Shown here one piece after another: positions 36,337-44,200 of a stretch of DNA of 46,034 bases. The notes below the pieces were generated by a model. It was not told the DNA's origin. It ran no database searches and saw only the letters and a program-made list of their open reading frames with translations. The first letter of the stretch is position 1, and each line of letters begins with the position of its first letter. Location: the IMG/VR virus record IMGVR_UViG_3300017909_002418, positions 1-46,034 of that record, one strand, 5' to 3'. A program made the position numbers and the translations under genes. Origin of the DNA: a virus (lineage: Duplodnaviria; Caudoviricetes).

Positions 36337-37595
36337 GACTAAATGAAATTATACGACATTCGATTGCTAAGATCATTTGCGAAGCAGATGGTAAGAACAC
36401 TCACCTCGAACATTTAGAAGACAATATTTTTGATAAAGGACATGCTGGTGCCAAAGAAGCAGTAGATTATCTTTACAGTTTACATCAAATGCTAGATGGT
36501 AGCACAGAAAGTCCAGTAAGTATGACAACAAAATGGGACGGAGCACCAGCCATCATTGCTGGTAAAGATCCCGAAACAGGAAAATTCTTTGTAGGCACAA
36601 AAGGCGTATTTGCTAAGACACCAAAAATAAATTTTACAGAAAAAGACATAGAAGAAAATCACCCTGCAGAAGGATTACAAGACAAATTAAAAATAGCATT
36701 AAAACATTTAAGTAAATTAAACTGGAATACAGTAGCACAAGGCGACATGCTGTTTACAAAAGAAGATTTAATGATGACAAACATGGGCGGTGAAGAAGTT
36801 ATTGCATTCAAACCCAATACACTTGTATATGCCATACCTGCAAATTCAGAAACAGCAGGACAAATTAGTGGTTCAGATATGGGTATTGTGTGGCATACAG
36901 AATATGTAGGTGGACCTACACTAGCAGACACTCAAGCAAAGTTTGGATTTGACAGTAGTGTGCTAGGAAACGCACCAGGTGTTTGGCACAGAGATGCAAA
37001 TATAAAAGATCTAAGTGGCTATGTTACACTTACTAACGATGAAAGTAAAGATATTATGGATGCTATTGGAGAAGCAGACAAGTATCTTAAATCAATAGAT
37101 CCAAAAACATTTGACTTCTTAGAAAAAGGCACAGAACTGCTAGGAGAAAAAGTTTTTTTACCTCAATTAAAAGCACATGTAAACAATGCCATTAGAGCAG
37201 GAGCATTTGAACAAGACCCTACTGTATTTGCACAAAGTTTTGTGCAAAAATATATTACATATATGGAAAAAGAAATAGATAAAGTTAAGACACAAAAAAC
37301 AAAAGATACCAAAACAGAAATAATGGTAGGTGGAGTAAAATTTATCAGAGAAAATTTACAGCAAATAGTAGCAGTATATGATTTATATCTCAAACTTATA
37401 GAAGCAAAAGTAAAAATTATTAAAAAATTAGAGCAGATTCGTCAATTGCCTACATTCAAAGAAACAGAATCCGGCTACGAAGTAACAGGTGAAGAAGGTT
37501 TTGTTGCAGTAGACAAAGTAGGTAATGCTCTCAAGTTAGTTGACAGATTAGAGTTTAGTAAATTAAACTTTGGAACAGGAAAGCCAGGTGCATAA
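36333..37595 (+). CDS. Ligase-like nucleotidyltransferase (KxDG; DUF6267-like), probably head-packaged
   Basis: KNTHLEHLED, TTKWDGAPA, FFVGTK, QGDMLF, EGFV, KLVDRLEFS. Confidence 0.65.
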   Translation: MRLNEIIRHSIAKIICEADGKNTHLEHLEDNIFDKGHAGAKEAVDYLYSLHQMLDGSTESPVSMTTKWDGAPAIIAGKDPETGKFFVGTKGVFAKTPKINFTEKDIEENHPAEGLQDKLKIALKHLSKLNWNTVAQGDMLFTKEDLMMTNMGGEEVIAFKPNTLVYAIPANSETAGQISGSDMGIVWHTEYVGGPTLADTQAKFGFDSSVLGNAPGVWHRDANIKDLSGYVTLTNDESKDIMDAIGEADKYLKSIDPKTFDFLEKGTELLGEKVFLPQLKAHVNNAIRAGAFEQDPTVFAQSFVQKYITYMEKEIDKVKTQKTKDTKTEIMVGGVKFIRENLQQIVAVYDLYLKLIEAKVKIIKKLEQIRQLPTFKETESGYEVTGEEGFVAVDKVGNALKLVDRLEFSKLNFGTGKPGA

Positions 37596-38404
37596 TGGAA
37601 CTACAATTAGTAAATCAAGAAATATCTGAAGCAAGGTTATATAGAACAACCAACGGCTTTAAAAATCTTACTGGCAGAGACATTGCAAACTTGTTATATT
37701 TGCATACTTTATCATTATATATGATGTTACAAGATGACAGTTTAGAAGATTACGCAGTTGGATATGCTAAACAAACAACGCAATATGGTCACTTTACATT
37801 GATGAGAACACATGCTACTGATCTTTACATGTTAGCATACGCAGTAAAGAATCCAGATAACAGATATATAAAATTTAAAAACAATAGAGAAAGCAGAAAG
37901 TTTTTAGAAAAGTTAAATTTTGGCACTACGCCTACAAGGCAGTTTTATTTTTTTGTTTCTCAAATAGGTAAACGTGCAGACAAAAGAAACGAAGCACTTA
38001 CTTTCTTTATGAGATTAGAAAGACAATTAAAAATTACTGATGGCAGATACAGAGGTTATAGAAGAATGGTATTAAGTTGGGGCAAACTAAAATATCATTC
38101 AAAACAGTTAGTAGCAACAAAACTCACACAAGAAATAAGACGTTTAGGCAGAGGAAGTGAATTAATGATGCCAATGACCAGTATGCTTAAAGACAGAGGA
38201 TTAAGAGTTGCTTCTGATTACAAAGAACCTAGAACAAGTTTAACTAGAAGAGTAGCAGGAACGGCCGCAGGTGCTGTAGCAGGTAGATATATTGGTAAAA
38301 AGGTTGCACAGAAAACAGGTGCGAATGTTGATAAATATAAGAAAGTAGGAACAGGACTTGGTGCAGTAGCAGGTTACTGGGCAAGTGGAAGAAATAAAAC
38401 ATAA
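37595..38404 (+). CDS. Hypothetical protein with C-terminal glycine-zipper hairpin
   Basis: GTAAGAVAGRYIG ... GTGLGAVAGYW; N-terminal EISEA. Confidence 0.6.
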   Translation: MELQLVNQEISEARLYRTTNGFKNLTGRDIANLLYLHTLSLYMMLQDDSLEDYAVGYAKQTTQYGHFTLMRTHATDLYMLAYAVKNPDNRYIKFKNNRESRKFLEKLNFGTTPTRQFYFFVSQIGKRADKRNEALTFFMRLERQLKITDGRYRGYRRMVLSWGKLKYHSKQLVATKLTQEIRRLGRGSELMMPMTSMLKDRGLRVASDYKEPRTSLTRRVAGTAAGAVAGRYIGKKVAQKTGANVDKYKKVGTGLGAVAGYWASGRNKT

Positions 38405-39003
38405 TGAAAATAGGCGACATAGCAAAAATTTCAGAAGATAAAACAGATGCACAAAAAGTTGCAGACTTAATTAGATCTGGTCAAGATATAAATCTAGCGG
38501 CGCAGACATACAAATATATGCATGCCGGGGGATTAGACTACGATGCCGCTTTCTCAAAATCAAGTCGAGAACAAGATGGTAAAGATGAACCTAAAGATCC
38601 TAGAGACAATGCTCAAGCAAATATGGATGCCAGAGCAAGCCAGCAACAAGATGTTGCTAGAAAGAAAGCAGATAAACAAAAAAACAAAGGCGAATTCAAA
38701 AGAGATGCAGATCAAAGAAAGAAAAAAGGCATAGACTCCTCAGATTATACTATTGATCCTAAGACAGGACAAATGTATGCTAAAAAAGGAGGTTCATTCT
38801 ACGGTAACCAACATACAGGTAGTTTAGGCTTAGGTAGAATTAAAAATCTAAAAAGATATGTAGATGATCCTAGTGACATACTTAGTTTAGGTGCAGACGA
38901 TGTAGAAAGTTCCATAGGCAGAGGCGCCGCGGCTGGTGCCACAATAGGTAAAGTCAAAGGTGCCGGTAGACGCATACCAAAATTCTCACTAAGAGATGCA
39001 TAA
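38404..39003 (+). CDS. Hypothetical charged protein, probably head-packaged
   Basis: MKIGDIAKISE leader; TAATG-coupled. Confidence 0.6.
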   Translation: MKIGDIAKISEDKTDAQKVADLIRSGQDINLAAQTYKYMHAGGLDYDAAFSKSSREQDGKDEPKDPRDNAQANMDARASQQQDVARKKADKQKNKGEFKRDADQRKKKGIDSSDYTIDPKTGQMYAKKGGSFYGNQHTGSLGLGRIKNLKRYVDDPSDILSLGADDVESSIGRGAAAGATIGKVKGAGRRIPKFSLRDA

Positions 39004-39040
39004 ATTTTTCACTTTAGCAACCAAAAAAATCATAAATTTA

Positions 39041-39048
39041 GATAAATA
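39041..39048 (+). promoter_or_regulatory. Late promoter, cassette 1
   Basis: GATAAATA, leader hairpin GGTGC-TTTG-GCACC (39060-39073), SD AGGAGA. Confidence 0.75.
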
Positions 39049-39088
39049 AATGTAACAAAGGTGCTTTGGCACCAAATAGGAGATTAAA

Positions 39089-39433
39089 ATGGCACAATCA
39101 AAAGGAAACGGAGCCGGTGTTGCAGAATTTGTTACAGGTTCATTGATTTCAAATCATAACCTAAAAGCAGTTTTAGTTGATACAGGTGCTGACTTAAGAA
39201 CAGAAGACGATGCTACTAGAGAAGCAGTTGAAAGAGCACTTCAATTCATTCAACCATTAATGTATGAAGTTCAAGATGCTGGTAACGGTATTATTTTTGC
39301 AATCGTTGACGGAAGTCAATTTGATGCTTCTGCTTTACAAGGGCAAATCAGAGGTATTGGAACTGATAACGTAAACAGTTACAACTTCGCAAGTGCAACT
39401 GTAACAGCAGGTTCAAACATCGTTGTAAGTTAA
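39089..39433 (+). CDS. Small structural protein, paralog 1
   Basis: MAQ start, Ala/Gly/Ser-rich, ASALQ..IR and FASATVTAGS..VV shared with paralog 3. Confidence 0.7.
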   Translation: MAQSKGNGAGVAEFVTGSLISNHNLKAVLVDTGADLRTEDDATREAVERALQFIQPLMYEVQDAGNGIIFAIVDGSQFDASALQGQIRGIGTDNVNSYNFASATVTAGSNIVVS

Positions 39434-39446
39434 TTTTTACAAATAT

Positions 39447-39479
39447 AAAAAAATGGCGGTTTTAACTGCCATTTTTTTT
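39447..39479 (+). terminator. Intrinsic terminator
   Basis: ATGGCGGT-TTTA-ACTGCCAT stem flanked by A7/T8. Confidence 0.85.
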
Positions 39480-39488
39480 GGGTATTTT

Positions 39489-39496
39489 GATAAATA
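39489..39496 (+). promoter_or_regulatory. Late promoter, cassette 2
   Basis: GATAAATA 9 nt after the terminator. Confidence 0.75.
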
Positions 39497-39558
39497 TTAA
39501 TAACATTAATTAGTCAGACATTATATGAAGAAGTTGACTAATAAAAAGGAGATTAAAA

Positions 39559-39828
39559 ATGGCTCAAACAGATAGAAGATCAGCGGCGGCTGGTGAGTTT
39601 ATTGGTAAAGACGTATTCTTGAAAAGTATTCAACAACAATCAGGAAATATTTCAGCGGCACAATTAACATCATTAGTTAGCACAGTTCAAAGTTTAAATC
39701 TTACAGTTCTTAAAGTTGGTGATTTTACAGCAGATAGTCAAGACACAGTAAAATTTATACTAGAAGGTGCAGACAACTTAGCAAATGGTGACATTGCGGC
39801 TCACGTCATTGCTGACGTAAGTTTCTAA
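39559..39828 (+). CDS. Small structural protein, paralog 2
   Basis: MAQ start, A.EFIG motif, SD AAGGAGA. Confidence 0.7.
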   Translation: MAQTDRRSAAAGEFIGKDVFLKSIQQQSGNISAAQLTSLVSTVQSLNLTVLKVGDFTADSQDTVKFILEGADNLANGDIAAHVIADVSF

Positions 39829-39847
39829 GTTAAAAACTTTACAAAAG

Positions 39848-39873
39848 AAGGCAGTTTTATACTGCCTTTTTTT
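39848..39873 (+). terminator. Intrinsic terminator
   Basis: AAGGCAGT-TTTAT-ACTGCCTT plus T run; sequence-related to the 39447 terminator. Confidence 0.85.
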
Positions 39874-39883
39874 ATGACTATTC

Positions 39884-39891
39884 GATAAATA
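39884..39891 (+). promoter_or_regulatory. Late promoter, cassette 3
   Basis: GATAAATA, SD GGGAGA. Confidence 0.75.
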
Positions 39892-39915
39892 TTAGTAACA
39901 TAAAGGGAGATCAAA

Positions 39916-40248
39916 ATGGCACAAATAAGAGTAAATGGTTCTGTAGCGGCAGATCAATTTCTTACAGGTGAACTAAAACATTTTATTTTAGACGCCGTAG
40001 ATGCAGTTAATGTTCATCAGTTTGGTTTCACAGCATCTGGGAATCCAAAAGGTGGAGAAGCGGCCCTTTCAGCAATGGCAACTGTGGCAAATCCAGTAAT
40101 TTTGAATACACATAGTTCAAATACTAGAATTTTATATTTTGCAGTTGAAGTTGATGGTGTAGGAGCATCTGCATTACAGACAGCATTAAGATCTAATACA
40201 ACTTTTAGTAACGCAACCATTACAGCAGGTAGTTACTCAGTAGTATAA
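39916..40248 (+). CDS. Small structural protein, paralog 3
   Basis: MAQIRVNG, QFLTG.L, YFAVE, ASALQTALR, FSNATITAGS..VV. Confidence 0.7.
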   Translation: MAQIRVNGSVAADQFLTGELKHFILDAVDAVNVHQFGFTASGNPKGGEAALSAMATVANPVILNTHSSNTRILYFAVEVDGVGASALQTALRSNTTFSNATITAGSYSVV

Positions 40249-40266
40249 AGATAACAAACACAAATT

Positions 40267-40293
40267 AAAGCACTCTTCGGAGTGCTTTTTTTT
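40267..40293 (+). terminator. Intrinsic terminator with cUUCGg tetraloop
   Basis: AAAGCACTC-TTCG-GAGTGCTTT plus T run. Confidence 0.92.
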
Positions 40294-40315
40294 GACCACT
40301 GGTTCGACAAACTCT

Positions 40316-40323
40316 GATAAATA
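40316..40323 (+). promoter_or_regulatory. Late promoter, cassette 4 and downstream operon
   Basis: GATAAATA, SD AGGAGA, ATG 40347. Confidence 0.75.
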
Positions 40324-40346
40324 GTGTAATATAACAGGAGACACAC

Positions 40347-40751
40347 ATGGTTGGACAGAGAAGTGGCGCAATGGGAAGTGCTGAGGTTGTTTCAGGCAAC
40401 ATTGAGTTCTACACATTGTTCACAACGTTAGACATTACACGGACTGGCAACTTTAGTGACGACACACAAAAAGATTTTGAAAGTGTTGTCCAATGTATAG
40501 GCTTAAGAGCGATGCCGGTTGTAATGAATGAACCTGTAGAATTAAGCGGATCAGGTTCATTTGTTTTAGAAAATTATGGTGCACCAACACTAACAGGAGC
40601 AGGTTTTATTTTTAAATTTGCATTTGAAAGAGAAGATGTGCATACTATAACAACTTTGACAGATGAACTACATGGAATAGTTTTAAATGCGGGAACAATA
40701 GATACAAAAAGTTCCGTAAATATGGAATTTACTAAACAAGATTTATTATAA
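40347..40751 (+). CDS. Small structural protein, paralog 4 (more divergent)
   Basis: R.GA...E..SG.IEFYT, PVV, FKFAFE pattern parallels paralog 3. Confidence 0.6.
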   Translation: MVGQRSGAMGSAEVVSGNIEFYTLFTTLDITRTGNFSDDTQKDFESVVQCIGLRAMPVVMNEPVELSGSGSFVLENYGAPTLTGAGFIFKFAFEREDVHTITTLTDELHGIVLNAGTIDTKSSVNMEFTKQDLL

Positions 40752-40761
40752 GAGATAAACG

Positions 40762-41001
40762 ATGCCAAGAAAATCAGAGCCAGAACAAGAGTTAAAACCT
40801 TACGTTGAGAAGGGTAACATCGAAGCACATATTATTGCAGATATGTTGCGTATAGAAAGCATTACTGCTGAACTCAGAGAATTCAAAGAAACAACAAAAA
40901 GCAGATTAGACAAACTTGAAAGTTGGATAATTGCTATTGTGGGATTAACATTTACATCTTTGATTAGTATTATTATAGGCATAGTGATAAATTTAATATG
41001 A
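40762..41001 (+). CDS. Small coiled-coil protein with C-terminal transmembrane helix (XhlA/holin-like)
   Basis: RLDKLE followed by a hydrophobic WIIAIVGLTFTSLISIIIGIVINLI tail. Confidence 0.6.
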   Translation: MPRKSEPEQELKPYVEKGNIEAHIIADMLRIESITAELREFKETTKSRLDKLESWIIAIVGLTFTSLISIIIGIVINLI

Positions 41002-41285
41002 TTTTAGAAGATATAGCACAAGACATTGTAGTCGAAAACAGAATGGTATGGCGTAAGATGGGCAACAAAGTTGTCCGTGCTGTTCGATGCACATCTGGCA
41101 GACGTAAAGGTAGAGTTGTATCTAAATCATCACAATGTAGTGCGCCTATCGATATGAAAAAACGCATGACCATCAAAAAAACAAGAGCAAAGATGGGTGC
41201 AAGAATCACAAGAAAGTCACAAAGAACAAAAAGAATGAACCCTGCAAGTAGAAGGGTAAGGGCATTAAATAAAAGGCGTAGATAA
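40998..41285 (+). CDS. Very basic small protein (putative DNA-binding head core protein)
   Basis: Acidic 13-aa leader ending VVE, then Arg/Lys-rich body with RCTSGRRKGRVV..C. Confidence 0.65.
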   Translation: MILEDIAQDIVVENRMVWRKMGNKVVRAVRCTSGRRKGRVVSKSSQCSAPIDMKKRMTIKKTRAKMGARITRKSQRTKRMNPASRRVRALNKRRR

Positions 41286-44200
41286 TGAAGTTTAAAGATG
41301 TCAAAACAATACAGCACCTTTTGAAAGAATACGCCACTCCAGTAGGGCAACAAAGCACAGGCAATACAGGTATAGGGTCAATGGCAAAGACAATGGCCAA
41401 AGGTGCAGGAAAATCACTGTCAAAGAAAATAGGAGGCGGTGTTGGTTCTGCGGCTACAGTTGCAGGTAATGTTATAAAAGGCCAAGACAGTAAAACCACT
41501 GCAAAAATTAAAAGCATTGCATCTCCAGTTGCCAGTAAGGCAAAACAAACACTAAGTCCAACAGTAGATGGGACAGCGGCTAATAAAATTAAGGACCCGG
41601 TAGTAAAAGCCAAAGCAGGAGAAGTTGAAAAAGGCGCAGACATATACGATCAATACGGTAACTATGCAGGAAGAGTTGACTCTCCATTAGGAGACAATAC
41701 TGCAGGCTCAGGACCAGATGCTGTAGCAGTTCTAAACAAACAAAACGAATTCGAAGTTAAGAAAGGTGACGACGAAGTCTTCATTCAAAATCCAGAAGTA
41801 AAAGAAGGCAAACTCAGTAAGATTGCAAAACGCAAAAATAAAAAATTAAAAATCAAAAACCTCAAAGGCAAAATAAAAAAACTGTCTAGAAAAAGATTAA
41901 AAGAAGCACCAGCAGAATTATTTGAAATAAATTTCAACAGAAAAGATGTTGCTAAAGAAGGATTAGATGCTCCAGTAAAATGTGGATTCGAAGCAGAATC
42001 ATTCTTTTTCAATGTAAGTGGATATAGTAGTTCCAGCGATGATGTTGATAATATGAGCGTCAGTGATGTAGAATATGAATTTGGTGATTTACCAGATAGT
42101 GCATATGAGTATTACAACGAATGGATTCGCGAAAAAGCAATGGACGAGTATTTGCCAGATCTTATAGATCAATGGATTGAAGACAACAGAGATGAAGATT
42201 ATTACATAGACGAATTCATGAATTCGGGTGATGGTCCTACAATGGATGCTGTAGAACAATACAGAGACCAAATGGAAGAAGATGATCCACAAGAATTTAA
42301 AAACCGTGAAGCAGATGGTTGGGACGATGAGAACTGGGCGAGAGATTTTATAAATGTAGAATACGATTACGAATACCAAGACTTTTTAAGAGATTATGCC
42401 AGTGAAGATGATACTCTAATAGATGAAGCAGTAGAGGAATGTAACAATGATTACAGTATGGATGATTACGTCGAATCAGAATACTACAGTATGAGTTCAT
42501 TCTTAGATGATTTCAGTTATGATTACAGCAGAGAATCAGAGGGTAATGTAGAAGAAGTAGCAGATGAATTATATAATGGCTGGATCAAACACTACAGCAA
42601 ATACGACGGTTACCCAGATTATGGTGAATATGGAAACACTTATAACATAGACGGTTGGAGTGTAGAAACCGACAGCAGTATCGATGCAGATGAAGGAGCG
42701 GCGGCTGAAATTATTTCTCCAGTATTTCCTAATCCAAGAGAGATGCTTAAAGAAATGAAAAGTTTATTTGATTGGAGTGAAGATAATTTTGGCACAAACA
42801 ACTCCACAGGTTTACATGTCACAATGAGTTGGAATGGAGAACCTCGTGCTGGATCTAAGAATGCAGGACCTAATAAATTAAAAATGGCATTGCTACTAGG
42901 TGATGAATATTTGCTTAAACAATTTGGTAGATTACAAAACTCCTATACAAAAAGTCAATACAAACGACTTTTAAGATATGCTGAAAAAATGAAAAGAGGT
43001 GATAACAACAGTTTCTTAAAATTACAATCAGAACTCGATAGAGGACTTAGCAAAGACAAGTTTAGTAGTATTCATTTTAAAGGTTCAACCGATAAAGATA
43101 CAGACAACGAACTTATAGAGTTTAGAATTGCCGGGGGTAGCGACTATAACGAGATGTATCAAGATGTTGTAAAAGCAGTTGTTAGATACGGCACAATTAT
43201 GAAAGCAGGATATGATGACAATGCTTTTAGAAGAGATTATATAAATGCAGTATCTAGACTTATGCGTAAGAGTCAAGAAGTAGATCCTGAACGTGCAAAA
43301 GAATTTGATGAAATAGAATCTCCAATCATAGATGCCGCAAAAGAGATTGCTAGTAAAGATGAGTATTTCGATGTTTTAAATGTGTTGAATTATAGTCTTG
43401 AGGCTCTGCAAAGATACCAAGAACTTAGTAAACCTGGCGCAGACAAAGAATGGGAAAAAAGCATCGACGATTACAGAGAAGGAACAGGCAGAGATCCTAG
43501 TTGGATGGGAGAAGCAGTTGAAGAGGGAGAGCCAATCAGAGGTTATATAGAGCCTGACAGTCTAGCACCAAGCATTCGTGCTGAAAATCATTTTGCTAAG
43601 GCAAAAGAATATTTTGGTAGAGCAATGGCTATGTTGGCAAGGCAGATTGTTTTAGGCCAAGCAAGATCTACACCTAAAGCAAAACATATTGGTGCTTTTA
43701 GAAAATATGCAAATGAACTTAAACTCAGCATGTCAGATTTAGAAAAGTTGTTATTAACAAGCATAGACGATGCGAGATATGGTGATTTAGAATCTGATAA
43801 AGAAAAGCATAAAACTTTACAAAAAGGTATCCAAGCATTATTTAAGAAAGAAATTGTTGGCAAAGCAGAATTCTTTGATCGAAGAAAATTCGATGCTATA
43901 GAAGATGGCCTATGGCAATTTTTCCAATCTGATGACATGCAAGATAATCAAATTGCAGATAAACTTGCAGATTTATTTGTAGAAGTTAATCCTAAAAACG
44001 ACAAAAATCAAGTAGTAACAACTCTTAGATCATTAAGCAAAAAAAGACAAAAGAACGAATTACATAGATATTTGCTTAATGGTGGATACGACGAAGCAAC
44101 ATTGATCGTTCCAAATATGTTGACTAACGATAAAGCAGTAGACAAATTAATAAAATTCTTTGAACCATATCAAGGATACGAGCATCCAACAAGTAGAGAT

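Noticed and set aside
39041-40323. CRISPR array or integron-like attC repeats in the cassette region
   Set aside because: The repeated elements are promoters, SDs and terminators, not constant-length repeats with spacers; no cas or integrase gene is visible.
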